Assembly: GCA_965242705.1 (NCBI GenBank) | Contig: OZ251486.1 | Coordinates: 64,580 to 128,579 of the forward strand | Origin: Bryobacterales bacterium | Lineage (GTDB): Bacteria; Acidobacteriota; Terriglobia; Bryobacterales; UBA6623 | DNA length: 64,000 bases | Reading direction: 5' to 3' | Shown here: piece after piece, positions 15,876-25,807 of the stretch | Layout of the letters: each line of letters starts with the position of its first letter | Numbering within the stretch: the stretch's first letter is position 1 | Notes under the pieces: generated by a model | Seen by the model: only the letters and a program-made list of their open reading frames with translations | Database searches by the model: none | What the model was told of the DNA's origin: nothing | Program-made: the position numbers and the translations under genes

Positions 15876-18770
15876 TCAGGGGTCGAGGCGGGCGCAGATT
15901 TCGCGGACGGCGGCGGCTGCGTCGGCCATGCGCGCCTGGAACGCCTCGAACGAATCGGCGTCCGCGGCGTTTTGGAAGAGCAGGTGCAGCTTTTCGGCAA
16001 CGGCGCCGTCCGCCGCTTCGCCGCCGATGAGGGTTTGCAGCGCGTCGATGCGCGTCCAGAGCCGCCAGGCGCCGCGGAGGCGCTCGGCGTCTTCGGCGGA
16101 GAGCGCGCCTTGCGCGGCCAGCGCCTGGAGCGCTTCGCCGTTGGCTCCGCCGGCGGGAACGTCGGCGGGTTCGCGCAGCAGCAGGTATTGGATGAGCGTT
16201 TCGACGGCGTCGAGTCCGGCGCGGCAGAGCGCCGGCGGCCCTTCGGCCGCGGCTTCGTCGAGGCGCGCGCTTGCCGCTTCGAGCGGGCGGCGGAGTTCCC
16301 GGGGGTCGAGATTTTCGGTCGAGGCGCCGCGGACGAGCGCTTCGAGGCGCGCGGCTATGCCGCTGTCTCCGGCTACGGTCCGCGCGCGGGTCAGGGCCAT
16401 GCGCCCGCGGGGGCCGGCGCTTTGGCGAAAGAAGCGATCGAAGGAGGCCAAATCGGCCGCTGCGGGTTCGCCGGTTTCGTTGCCGAGGGCGGCGGCGTCC
16501 GCCTGGTAGATGCCGCGCCGTCCGCCGAGGGCGGAGAGCACATGGGCCAGGAAGCGGTCGAACCAGTCCGCCGCGGCGAGCGGCTGGGGGCCGTCGGAGC
16601 GGGCGTCGGCGGGGGCGTCGTAGATGAGCGCGAGATCGAGGCCGGAGGCGGCGGTCAGCGCCCGGCTTGCCAGGGGGCCGACGGCGGCGAGCGCGGCGGA
16701 CGCGCCCGGAACGCGGCCGAAACGCTCGGCGAGGTCGGTTTCGGCGAGGTCGTAGAGCGCTTCGAGGGCGCAATCGGCGATGCCGCTCAGCAGGCGCGGC
16801 TCGTCCAACGGGTCGAGGCTGTGGAAGAGGAGCTGAGCGCAGACGCGAAAGCGGGCGCGGTCAACCCATTCGGCGAGGCGGTCGAGGGCGGCTTCGGAGT
16901 CGGCCGCGGCTTCGAGATGGGCGGCGAGATCGGCGGCCAGCGCGGCGCGGTCGGGCGGCGCGGCGTCGGTTTCGGGATCGACGAGGGTTTCGAGCAGGAG
17001 AGGCCGCGCCGCGAGCAGGCTGTTGACGGCGGGCGCCGAGACCATGATTTCGGCGACGCTTTCAAGCGCCTGGAGATTGGCCTGGAAGAGGGAGAGGACG
17101 GGCAGCAGGCCGTCTTGCAGTCCGTCGAAGAGGCGGTCGAAACGGGCGATGGCGCGGTCGGGGTCGGTTGTGCCGCAGACGGCGATCAGCAGGGGGGAGG
17201 TGAGCGTTTGCAGGATTTCGCGGGATGTATCGTCTTGCGCGGAGGGGCATTGCCCGTTTTGCCATTTTTCGACGATGCGCGCGGCGGCTTGCGGGTCGGC
17301 GAAGCCCATGCGCTGCAGGTGGCTCCCTTCGGCGGCGGCGGGCGATTCGTCCGCGGCGGCCGTTTTGCCCGGGAAGGGGAACTCGAAGAAGGTTTCGTAC
17401 TGCAACTCGACGCGCCGGAGGCAGGCGATGAGTTCGCGGGTGAAGGCGCCGCCGTCGGGGTAACCGAGGAAGCGCGAAAGGGTTTCGAACTCGGCGGGGT
17501 CTTTGGGCAGGGAGTGCGTTTGTTTGTCGGCCACCATCTGGACGCGGTGTTCGGCGCGGCGCAGGAAGCGGTAGGCGTCGATGAGGTCTTCGGTGGTTTC
17601 GGCGGCGACGTGGCCGGCCTTGGTGAGGGCGCGCAGCGAATCGCAGGTGGGGATGGTGCGCAGGCGGCGGTTTTTGCCGCCCCAGATCAACTGATGGACC
17701 TGGGCGAAGAATTCGATTTCGCGGATGCCGCCGCGGCCGAGCTTGAGGTTGTGGCCGGGGGCGCCGATGGTTCCGCTGCCGTGCTGGGCGTCGATGCGTT
17801 TCTTGATGTCGTGCAGGTCGCGCATGGCCGGGAAGTCGAGGTTGCGCCGCCAGACGAAGGGGGCGAGCCGCTTGAGGAAGGCTTCGGCGGCGCGGCGGTC
17901 GCCGGCGACGGGTCTGGCCTTGATCAGGGCGACGCGCTCCCAGGTTTGTCCGCGCTCGGGGTAGTAGCGCTCGGCGAACGGGGCGGCGATGACCAGGGGA
18001 GTTGAAACCGGGTCGGGGCGGAGGCGCAGATCGACGCGGAAGGCCATGCCGTCGATGGTGCGTTCGGAGAGGAAGGCGATGAACCAGCGGGCCAGGCGGA
18101 GAAAGTGTTCCTGCGCCTCACAGGATTTGCGCGCCGGGACGCGGTCGGGGTCGTAGAGGAAGATGAGGTCGATATCGGAGGAATAATTGAGTTCGCGGCC
18201 GCCGAGCTTGCCGAGGCCGAGGACGATCAGCCCCGAGCCTTCTTCCGGGTTTTCGGGGTTGGGCGGGTCGATGGCGCCGCGGTCGGCGAGCCGTTTGAGC
18301 AGCACGCGGAGGGCGGCCGAGCAGGAGGCGTCGGCGAGGCGGGAGAGCGCGCCGGTGACGGCTTCGAGCGTCCAGACTTCGGCGATATCGGCGAGGGCGA
18401 CGGCGAGCGCGGCGCGGCGGCGGGCGCGGCGCAGGGCGCGGCGGGCGGCCTCTTCGCCGGCGTCGGCGGGCAGCCCTTCGATCTCGGCGCAGATTGCTTC
18501 GATGCAGCGGTCGGGGCCTTCGGTCCAGAGCCGGCGCAGGAAGGCGGGCTCGCGGACGAGGCAGTTGCTGAGGAAAGGACTCGCGCCGAAAATGCAGGAG
18601 AGCATGGCGCGGCCGGCGGGCGATTGGGGGAGCGCTTCGGCGAAGGCGCGGTCTTCGCCGCCGTCGAGGCGCCGGGCGGCGTCGTTCCACTTGCGGAATT
18701 CGATTTCCCGCCGGTTGGCGTTGCCCGTATCGGGCCAGGCTTGCGGGTTGTCGAATGCGGCGGGATCCAT
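15876..18770 (-). CDS. glnE: bifunctional glutamine synthetase adenylyltransferase/deadenylase
   Basis: 964 aa with two nucleotidyltransferase halves. GLGKLGGRELNYSSDIDLIFLYD motif. Confidence 0.85.
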   Translation of the reverse strand: MDPAAFDNPQAWPDTGNANRREIEFRKWNDAARRLDGGEDRAFAEALPQSPAGRAMLSCIFGASPFLSNCLVREPAFLRRLWTEGPDRCIEAICAEIEGLPADAGEEAARRALRRARRRAALAVALADIAEVWTLEAVTGALSRLADASCSAALRVLLKRLADRGAIDPPNPENPEEGSGLIVLGLGKLGGRELNYSSDIDLIFLYDPDRVPARKSCEAQEHFLRLARWFIAFLSERTIDGMAFRVDLRLRPDPVSTPLVIAAPFAERYYPERGQTWERVALIKARPVAGDRRAAEAFLKRLAPFVWRRNLDFPAMRDLHDIKKRIDAQHGSGTIGAPGHNLKLGRGGIREIEFFAQVHQLIWGGKNRRLRTIPTCDSLRALTKAGHVAAETTEDLIDAYRFLRRAEHRVQMVADKQTHSLPKDPAEFETLSRFLGYPDGGAFTRELIACLRRVELQYETFFEFPFPGKTAAADESPAAAEGSHLQRMGFADPQAAARIVEKWQNGQCPSAQDDTSREILQTLTSPLLIAVCGTTDPDRAIARFDRLFDGLQDGLLPVLSLFQANLQALESVAEIMVSAPAVNSLLAARPLLLETLVDPETDAAPPDRAALAADLAAHLEAAADSEAALDRLAEWVDRARFRVCAQLLFHSLDPLDEPRLLSGIADCALEALYDLAETDLAERFGRVPGASAALAAVGPLASRALTAASGLDLALIYDAPADARSDGPQPLAAADWFDRFLAHVLSALGGRRGIYQADAAALGNETGEPAAADLASFDRFFRQSAGPRGRMALTRARTVAGDSGIAARLEALVRGASTENLDPRELRRPLEAASARLDEAAAEGPPALCRAGLDAVETLIQYLLLREPADVPAGGANGEALQALAAQGALSAEDAERLRGAWRLWTRIDALQTLIGGEAADGAVAEKLHLLFQNAADADSFEAFQARMADAAAAVREICARLDP

Positions 18771-18850
18771 CGCGGTTGCAGGCTGAGCGTCTATAACCTT
18801 AGCAGACGCGCCGCGGCAAGCCTACGCCGCGCCAAAGGCGCGGAGCGCGA

Positions 18851-19375
18851 TCAATCCTCGCCGCGTCCCGGCCTGGGCTTCAAGTTGGCTGCCTGCAGAA
18901 AAGCCAGAAGGCTCGCTACAAGGACATAGCCGCCCAATTGCGATTCGTTGTCCGTTACGGAAAGATACAATCCCAGGATGAGTCCCAAAACGGAGACCGT
19001 GATAACGATTCCGTCTTTGACGCTCTGGTGTCTCAAAATCCTGAGTCGGAATTCATGGTCGCGTTGATTCTGTTTGTCACGGTTAGCAAGATGCTGCTTG
19101 AAGCCTTCGAGCTTGACATTCTCGTTGTGTTTTTCGACTTCGGCCATGATTCCGGCCGTTTCCGGATCCGGGCCGATGGTTGTGCGTGAAAAATGGCCGG
19201 CGATTTCGAGCCGAGCTTTGTCGTTTTCCTCTGCTGCAAGTTTCTTCAGGGCATCCGCCCTGTCTTCGCGAGATGAATTTCCAGATTCGGAACCGCCTGC
19301 TTCGCCCGCAGCCTTGACCGCTCCATCACCGGTTGTTGCATCTTTTTCGGCAGGCTCGATCTCGTCTCCGGTCAT
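18851..19375 (-). CDS. hypothetical membrane protein (two C-terminal TM helices)
   Basis: 174 aa. Acidic/charged N-terminal half, then IVITVSVLGLILGLYLSV and YVLVASLLAFLQAA. AT-richer than its flanks. Confidence 0.5.
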   Translation of the reverse strand: MTGDEIEPAEKDATTGDGAVKAAGEAGGSESGNSSREDRADALKKLAAEENDKARLEIAGHFSRTTIGPDPETAGIMAEVEKHNENVKLEGFKQHLANRDKQNQRDHEFRLRILRHQSVKDGIVITVSVLGLILGLYLSVTDNESQLGGYVLVASLLAFLQAANLKPRPGRGED

Positions 19376-19376
19376 G

Positions 19377-19646
19377 TCAACGACTCCACAGCCTGTTTCT
19401 CAGGAGCATCCCGACCCAGCGGGCATTGAATCTCGCCAGCATCTCGGCTTGAGCGGTTGGGCGGTCGAGTTTTTGCACATGGAACCTGTCGGCGCCGGCG
19501 TTGACCGGAACCACTCTGGGCACACTGTCCGGGTCGGCTGCCCTCATCGCGTCCGCGGCTCGGATTGCCTCGTCGAGGGAGACCGGCGTTTGGCCGCAGC
19601 GGCCGATATCGAAGGAATCGTATTCAAGCAGGTCGAAATCATGCAT
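19377..19646 (-). CDS. hypothetical small protein
   Basis: 89-aa ORF ending 1 nt before the start of the 174-aa gene. Confidence 0.4.
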   Translation of the reverse strand: MHDFDLLEYDSFDIGRCGQTPVSLDEAIRAADAMRAADPDSVPRVVPVNAGADRFHVQKLDRPTAQAEMLARFNARWVGMLLRNRLWSR

Positions 19647-19777
19647 GGCAGTACAAATGTTACAACACTCGGCAAGCGGGATCGCGGGGCGTCCGCGGCG
19701 GCGTCCCTTTGCCGTCCCGCCCGGCTATCCCCCGGTTCAGCGAAAGCCCTGTCGGGGCGGTTCGGGGAATTGGGGGG

Positions 19778-20101
19778 TCAGGCGCTGAACGAGCTGCCAC
19801 AGCCGCAGGTGGAGGTCACGTTGGGGTTGTCGAACTTGAAGCCCGCGCCTTCCATCGTCTCGACGTAGTCCACGCGGCAGTTGTCGAGGTAGAGCAGGCT
19901 GGCCTGATCGACATAGACTTTCAGCCCCTCGTAGTCGTAAATCTTGTCGAGGGGCAGGCGGTTGTTCTCGAAGGCCATCGAGTACTGGAAGCCCGAGCAG
20001 CCGCCGCCGACGACGGACAGGCGCAGCCCCTGGGGGCGCGGGGTTTGCTGGGACATAATCTCGTTCACTTTGGAGACGGCGGTTTCGGTCAACTGAATCA
20101 T
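19778..20101 (-). CDS. erpA: HesB/IscA/ErpA-type Fe-S cluster insertion protein
   Basis: 107 aa from the internal ATG of ORF 19778..20335. GGGCSGFQY and a C-terminal CGCGSSF signature. Confidence 0.85.
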   Translation of the reverse strand: MIQLTETAVSKVNEIMSQQTPRPQGLRLSVVGGGCSGFQYSMAFENNRLPLDKIYDYEGLKVYVDQASLLYLDNCRVDYVETMEGAGFKFDNPNVTSTCGCGSSFSA

Positions 20102-20186
20102 TGGATACGCTCCTGACGGAAGTTCGGACTTTTCCATTATACACGGTCTGCCACAATGGAAGGGCTGATTTTTCGGGGAGGCGGCC

Positions 20187-21275
20187 ATGGAACGTTCGCT
20201 GCGCGCGGGATTGTTGCTTTCGACTGTTGCGTTTTCAATTGTTGCGGGGGCGGCTCCGTTGGCCGCCGGGACGCGGATCGGCTTCGTCGGCCTGCGGCAT
20301 GGGCATTGCTGGCGGCAGTTGCAAAACGCGGGCAACGCGGCCGAGGCCGAGTTCGTAGGCGTTGCCGAGTCCGAGCCGGAGCTCTTGGCGGAAGCGAAGA
20401 AGATCCGGCCGGAGGCTTATTACACGGACGACTACCGCGAGTTGGTCGAGCGGCGGGAGCCGGAGATCGTCTGGGCGTTCGTGGAAAACAACCGCCACCG
20501 CGAGATTCTCGAGTACATGGCGCCGCGCGGCGTCCACGTGATTTTCGAGAAGCCTTTGGCGGCGTCGCATGAGGACGCGGTTGCCATGCAGCAACTCTCG
20601 CGCCGGCACAAGGTCAAGGTGATGACCAACTATCAGATGGCCTGGTGGCCGACGAATCACGAGATGCGGCGGCAGGCGGCGGCGGGCAAGGTGGGCGACG
20701 TGTGGCGGCTGCACGGCATTGTGGGGCACGGCGGGCCGGGCGGCAGGGGCCGCGGGAAATTCTTCTTTTCGTGGCTGACCGATCCGATCCAGAACGGCGC
20801 GGGCGCGCTGGTCGATTTCGGCTGCTACAACGCGGTCTGGGCGGCGTGGTTCAAGGGGCTGCCCGATACGGTTTACGCCGCGGTGAACCGCTTGCAGCGG
20901 GAGCGCTTTCCCAAGGTGGAGGACAACTCGGTGATGGTGCTGACTTATCCCGACGGCGTGGGCCTTTTCGAGGGCAGTTGGGATTTGCCGCGCGGCTTCC
21001 AGGAGCTCGAGGCGTTCGGGCGGACGGGCAGCCTGGCGATGAACCGCGACGAGGTGGAGTACCGCGATGGGCGCAAGCCGCCGGAACGCATCGAGGCGGC
21101 GCCGCTGACGCCGGAAACGGACGATCCGATTCGCTACATGATCGATCGCGTGGTCAACGACAAGCCGCTGGGGCACATTGTGGCGCTGGACATCAACGTG
21201 CAGGCGGTGGAGATACTGGAAGCGGCCAAGCAATCGATTCGCGAGGGGCGCGCCGTGCGGTTGCCGCTCAGGTAA
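20187..21275 (+). CDS. Gfo/Idh/MocA family oxidoreductase with N-terminal signal peptide
   Basis: 362 aa. Signal-like N-terminus followed by the Rossmann start RIGFVGLRHGH. Confidence 0.7.
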   Translation: MERSLRAGLLLSTVAFSIVAGAAPLAAGTRIGFVGLRHGHCWRQLQNAGNAAEAEFVGVAESEPELLAEAKKIRPEAYYTDDYRELVERREPEIVWAFVENNRHREILEYMAPRGVHVIFEKPLAASHEDAVAMQQLSRRHKVKVMTNYQMAWWPTNHEMRRQAAAGKVGDVWRLHGIVGHGGPGGRGRGKFFFSWLTDPIQNGAGALVDFGCYNAVWAAWFKGLPDTVYAAVNRLQRERFPKVEDNSVMVLTYPDGVGLFEGSWDLPRGFQELEAFGRTGSLAMNRDEVEYRDGRKPPERIEAAPLTPETDDPIRYMIDRVVNDKPLGHIVALDINVQAVEILEAAKQSIREGRAVRLPLR

Positions 21276-21277
21276 GG

Positions 21278-21385
21278 CGGGCCGCGCTTCGCGCGGCAGT
21301 CGCGGGGCGGCTTCGCCGCCGGTCACGGGTCGGGCCGCGCTTCGCGCGGCAGTCACGGGTCGGCGGGTCGCGAGTCGCGGGGGTC
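21278..21385. repeat. two tandem GC-rich REP-like hairpin units between convergent genes; possible bidirectional terminator
   Basis: gggccgcgcttcgcgcggcagtc(g/a)cggg occurs twice, with stems ccgcgc-ttcg-gcgcgg at about 21282-21296 and 21335-21349. The same hairpin caps repeat copies 1-3. Confidence 0.7.
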
Positions 21386-21393
21386 TGGGGGGC

Positions 21394-22965
21394 TTACCAG
21401 TGCCGCTTGCGGACGGACATGAGCTCGGGGTATTTTTCGTCGGCGTCGCCGATTTCGGCCTTGAGGCGCAGCAACTCGGCCTTGAGGTTTTCCGCGGCGC
21501 TTGCGTATTCGGGGCGGCCGTACACGTTGGTCAGTTCGCGGGGGTCGTTGCGCAGGTCGTAGAGTTCCCAGCCGGGCGGGGTGGGGCCGGCGGCGGCGCC
21601 GGGCGCGTCGAGCGGCAGTCCGTAAAAGAAGATCAGCTTGAAATCCGCGGTGCGGACGCCGTAATGGGCGGGGTTGTCGTGGTGGGCCATGTGCATCCAG
21701 TAGCGGTAGTAGGTTGACTTGCGCCAATCGGCGGGCGTTTCGCCGCGCAGCAGGGGCAGCAGGCTGCGTCCCTGCATGAAGTCGGGGGTTTGGAGGCCGG
21801 CGAAGGCCAGCAGGGTGGGCGCGAGGTCGGTGTTGTTGACCAGCGCCCGAGCGCGCGAGCCGGCGGCGGCGGTCGGCGGGTGGCGCACGAGCAGGGGGAT
21901 GCGCAGGGATTCCTCGTACATCCAGCGCTTGTCGATATAGTCGTGCTCGCCGAGCATGAAGCCCTGGTCGGATGTATAGACGATGACGGTATTATCGAGT
22001 TCGCCTTCGTCGTCGAGGTACTCGAGCAGGCGGGCGACGCCGTCATCGACGCCGCGCACGGTGCGCAGGTATTTCTTCAGATAGCGCTGGTAGGCCGCGC
22101 GCTTGTAGGCGCGGGCGCTGAGCGCGGGGCTGACGAACATGTGATGCCCCATGTTGCGGCGGGCGTTGCGCTTGCCGATCGAAGTGCCCATGCCTTTGGT
22201 GGCCGCGGAGCCGTGGTTGGGGGTTTTCCACAGACTGGGCGGCTCGGGGACGTCCGCGTCGGCGTAGAGGAAATCGTAGCGCTCGGCGTTTTCGAAATTG
22301 TCGTGGGGCGCCTTGAAGTGGTGCATGAGGAAAAACGGCTTTGCGCGGTCGCGGCGCTTGAGCCAGTCGAGCGAGAGGCGGGTAATGACGTCGGACGAGT
22401 GGGAGGAATCGTAGGCGGAGAAGCGGCGCGTATTGCGCGGCCACGTCCCGCCGGATTCGCGCATGACGGGGTTGAAGTACGACCCCTGTCCGGGCAGGAC
22501 GCAGTAGTAATCGAAGGCGGCGGGCTCGCGCTTGAGGTGCCATTTGCCGACCATCGCCGTTTGATAGCCGGCTTGGCCGATCAGCCGGGGCAGGTGCTGG
22601 CGGGCGGGCTCGAGGTGTCCGCTGAGCGTCGTGACGCGGTTGACGTGGCTGTATTGGCCGGTGAGCAGCGTGGCCCGGCTGGGCGTGCAGATCGAGTTGG
22701 CGCAGAAGGCGTTTTCGAAGAGCATGCTTTCGGCGGCGAGGCGGTCGAGGGCGGGGGTGGGGTCGAGGGCGGCCAGGCGTCCGCCGTAGGCGCCGAGCGC
22801 GTGGGCGGCGTGGTCGTCGGACATGATGAAGAGGATGTTCGGCTTGTCGGCGGCGGGCAGGCGGAAGCCCGCGGCGAGGAAACAGAGCGAAAGGAAGATA
22901 CGCGAAAGCAAGATACGCGAGAGGAAGATCGGGTGTTTCATCGGGGGTTGCGTTTCAGGCGGCAA
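21394..22965 (-). CDS. sulfatase family protein (secreted)
   Basis: 523 aa. Signal peptide, FIMSDDH, and sulfatase signature CTPSRATLLTG. Confidence 0.85.
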   Translation of the reverse strand: MPPETQPPMKHPIFLSRILLSRIFLSLCFLAAGFRLPAADKPNILFIMSDDHAAHALGAYGGRLAALDPTPALDRLAAESMLFENAFCANSICTPSRATLLTGQYSHVNRVTTLSGHLEPARQHLPRLIGQAGYQTAMVGKWHLKREPAAFDYYCVLPGQGSYFNPVMRESGGTWPRNTRRFSAYDSSHSSDVITRLSLDWLKRRDRAKPFFLMHHFKAPHDNFENAERYDFLYADADVPEPPSLWKTPNHGSAATKGMGTSIGKRNARRNMGHHMFVSPALSARAYKRAAYQRYLKKYLRTVRGVDDGVARLLEYLDDEGELDNTVIVYTSDQGFMLGEHDYIDKRWMYEESLRIPLLVRHPPTAAAGSRARALVNNTDLAPTLLAFAGLQTPDFMQGRSLLPLLRGETPADWRKSTYYRYWMHMAHHDNPAHYGVRTADFKLIFFYGLPLDAPGAAAGPTPPGWELYDLRNDPRELTNVYGRPEYASAAENLKAELLRLKAEIGDADEKYPELMSVRKRHW

Positions 22966-23009
22966 GGGCGGGAGCGGGCGGCGGCGCTGAGAGATGGAGC
23001 AATGGGAAC

Positions 23010-24491
23010 ATGGAACAGGGTAGAATCGAAGCGATGCTTGCCGTAACCCTTGCCGCCCTGACGGTTGCCGCGCTTCCGGCGGCCGCGGCGCCGAACGTGC
23101 TTTTTCTGTTCGCCGACGACCAGCGGCCGGATGCGATCGGCGCTTACGGCAACCGTTACATCCGCACGCCCAATCTCGACCGGCTTGTTGCCGGCGGCTA
23201 CAGTTTCCGCAGCAACTATTGTCTTGGCGCGCAGGGCGGCGCGGTTTGCGTGCCGAGCCGGGCCATGCTCAACACGGGCAAGAGTTTTTTCAAGATTCCC
23301 ATGGACATGGAGGGGCACACGACGCTGCCGCAGTTGCTGGGGCAAAACGGTTATACGACGTTTGCGACGGGCAAATGGCACAATCAGCGCCCTTCGTGGC
23401 TGAAAAGTTTTCAGCGGGGCAAGCATATCATGTTCGGCGGCATGTCGGATCACCGCAAGGTTCCGATTGTCGATCTGGGCGCGGACGGCAAGCTGACCGG
23501 CGAGCGCGAGAGCGTGCGTTTTTCGAGCCGTTTGTTCGCCGACGCGGCGATCGAGTTCCTGCACAACTACAAGGAGGAGAAGCCGTTTTACGCCTATGTG
23601 GCGTTTACCGCGCCGCACGACCCGCGCAATCCGCCGCCGCGCTATCGGCGGATGTATTACCGCAGCCGTCCGCCGCTGCCGCCGAATTTCGCGCCGCAGC
23701 ATCCCTTCGACAACGGCCACATGAGGGGGCGGGACGAGAGTTTGGCGCCGTGGCCGCGCACGCCCGAGGTAGTCGGCGATCAGCTTGCCGAGTATTACGG
23801 GCTGATTACGCATCTCGACCGGCAGATCGGGCGCATCTTGCGCAAGCTGGAAGCGACGGGGCGCGCGCGCAACACGATTGTCGTTTACGCCGCCGACCAC
23901 GGTCTCGCCGTAGGCAGCCACGGCCTGTTGGGCAAGCAGAACCTGTACGAGCACTCGATGGGCGCGCCGTTGATTTTCTCGGGGCCGGGCATTCCGAAAA
24001 ACAGGCAGACGCGCGCTTTGAGCTATTTGCTGGACGTTTTCCCCACGCTGTGCGCGCTGCTGGGCGTGGAGGCGCCGGGCGATCTCGACGGCCGCGACCT
24101 GTCGCCGATCTGGAGGGGCGAAAAGGAGAAGGTGCGCGAGGCGGCGTTTACTTCGTTCCGCGACCTGATGAAGGCGGTGCGCGATGAGCGCTGGAAGCTG
24201 ATCCGCTATCCGAAGATCGACCATACGCAGTTGTTCGATCTGGAGAACGACCCGTACGAGCGGAAGAATCTGGCGGGCGAGCCGGCGCAGAAACAGCGGG
24301 TGGAGCAGTTGACGGCGCTGATGCGCAAGCTGCAGAAGGAGGCGGGGGACGACCATCCGCTGACCGCGGCGGAACTCGCGCCCAGGCGGATCGAGTTGAA
24401 GAACAGCGAGCGCGTGCGCGACCGTTGGCAGCCGGCGTGGATTTTCGACAAGTATTTCGAGGAGCCTTACGGCAAGCTGTCGGCGCGTTGA
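23010..24491 (+). CDS. sulfatase family protein (secreted)
   Basis: 493 aa. LFLFADDQR and CVPSRAMLNTG. An alternative start at 23034 gives a cleaner signal peptide. Confidence 0.8.
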   Translation: MEQGRIEAMLAVTLAALTVAALPAAAAPNVLFLFADDQRPDAIGAYGNRYIRTPNLDRLVAGGYSFRSNYCLGAQGGAVCVPSRAMLNTGKSFFKIPMDMEGHTTLPQLLGQNGYTTFATGKWHNQRPSWLKSFQRGKHIMFGGMSDHRKVPIVDLGADGKLTGERESVRFSSRLFADAAIEFLHNYKEEKPFYAYVAFTAPHDPRNPPPRYRRMYYRSRPPLPPNFAPQHPFDNGHMRGRDESLAPWPRTPEVVGDQLAEYYGLITHLDRQIGRILRKLEATGRARNTIVVYAADHGLAVGSHGLLGKQNLYEHSMGAPLIFSGPGIPKNRQTRALSYLLDVFPTLCALLGVEAPGDLDGRDLSPIWRGEKEKVREAAFTSFRDLMKAVRDERWKLIRYPKIDHTQLFDLENDPYERKNLAGEPAQKQRVEQLTALMRKLQKEAGDDHPLTAAELAPRRIELKNSERVRDRWQPAWIFDKYFEEPYGKLSAR

Positions 24492-24516
24492 GGCCGGCGG
24501 GGGGCGGCGCGCGGGG

Positions 24517-25803
24517 TCAGCAGGCCAGGGCGGCGCGGGCGCCGGCCCAGTCTTGCAGGTTGCCCAGCACGGCCAGAGCCAAGCGTTCCTGCCGGAACCA
24601 TTCGTTGGCCAGATCGCGGATTTGGCGGCGCGTGACGCTCTCGACGGCGTCGTTGATTTCGTCGAACGAGAAGCAGCGGCCGTGGCAGGCTTCCTGGCGG
24701 GCCAGGTTGCTCATGCGGCTGCCGGTGGATTCCAGGCTGAGCATCAGGCTGCCCTTGAGTTGGTCTTTGGCGCGGCGGATTTCGGTTTCGGGGACGAGGT
24801 TTTCTTTCAGATCGCGGAACTCGCGCAGGGCGTATTCGATGACGCGGTCGAGCGAGTCGAGCGAGGTTCCGGCGTGGACCGAGAGGCAGCCGGTGTCGGA
24901 GTAGAGGCCGAGGTCGGCATAGACGGCGTAGGCCAGGCCGGCTTCCTCGCGGATTTTCTGGAACAGCCGGGAGCTGAAGCCGCCGCCGAGCAGGGTGTTG
25001 AGCACGAAACCGGCGTAGCGCCGCGCGTCTTTGACGGAAAACGTCTCGGCGCCCAGGGTCAGGTGGACCTGTTCGAGGGAGGGTTTGTCGCGGAGGACGA
25101 TTTCCGGGGTCGGCGCGGGCGGTTGCGGCGGCTCGGCGGCCGGGGCGGAATCGGGGCCGGCGAAACGTTGGCGCGCTTGCTCGACCAGCGCTTCGTGGGC
25201 GACGTTGCCCGCCGCGGTCAGCAGCAGGTTGGCCGGGGTGAAGGCGCGCTCGAAAAAGCCGCGGAGTTGGGCTTTGGAAAAACTTTCGATCGATCGCCGG
25301 TTGCCGATGATCGGGCGGCCCATGCCGTGGTCTTTCCAGAAGCTGCCGGCGAAGAGGTCGCCGATGAGGTAGTCGGGGTTGTCTTCGTCCATCTTGAGTT
25401 CTTCGAGGACGACGCCTTTTTCGCGCTCGATGTCGTCGTCGGCAAACGTCGGGCGCTGCGCCATGTCGGCGAGGATGTCGAGCGCGCGGGGCAGGTGTTC
25501 GTCGAGGACCTTGGCGGTGAAGGCGGTGGTTTCTTTCGAGGTGAAGGCGTCGAGATGTCCGCCGAGGGAGTCGATGGAGACGGCGATTTCCTTGGCGGAG
25601 TAGTTTTCGGTGCCCTTGAACACCATGTGTTCGACGAAGTGGGTGATGCCGGTTTCGGCGGCGGTTTCGTGGCGCGAGCCGGCGTTGAGCCAGACGCCTA
25701 CGGAGACCGAGCGCACGGCGGGCATGGATTCGCTGATGATGCGCAGCCCGTTGGGCAAGACGGTTTTGCGGACATCGCGGGCGCTGCTCGGCATCAAGGC
25801 CAT
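24517..25803 (-). CDS. M16 (pitrilysin/insulinase) family zinc peptidase
   Basis: Internal ATG (residue 160) of ORF 24517..26280. Inverted zinc motif HFVEHMVFKG. Confidence 0.85.
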   Translation of the reverse strand: MALMPSSARDVRKTVLPNGLRIISESMPAVRSVSVGVWLNAGSRHETAAETGITHFVEHMVFKGTENYSAKEIAVSIDSLGGHLDAFTSKETTAFTAKVLDEHLPRALDILADMAQRPTFADDDIEREKGVVLEELKMDEDNPDYLIGDLFAGSFWKDHGMGRPIIGNRRSIESFSKAQLRGFFERAFTPANLLLTAAGNVAHEALVEQARQRFAGPDSAPAAEPPQPPAPTPEIVLRDKPSLEQVHLTLGAETFSVKDARRYAGFVLNTLLGGGFSSRLFQKIREEAGLAYAVYADLGLYSDTGCLSVHAGTSLDSLDRVIEYALREFRDLKENLVPETEIRRAKDQLKGSLMLSLESTGSRMSNLARQEACHGRCFSFDEINDAVESVTRRQIRDLANEWFRQERLALAVLGNLQDWAGARAALAC

Positions 25804-25807
25804 CGTA

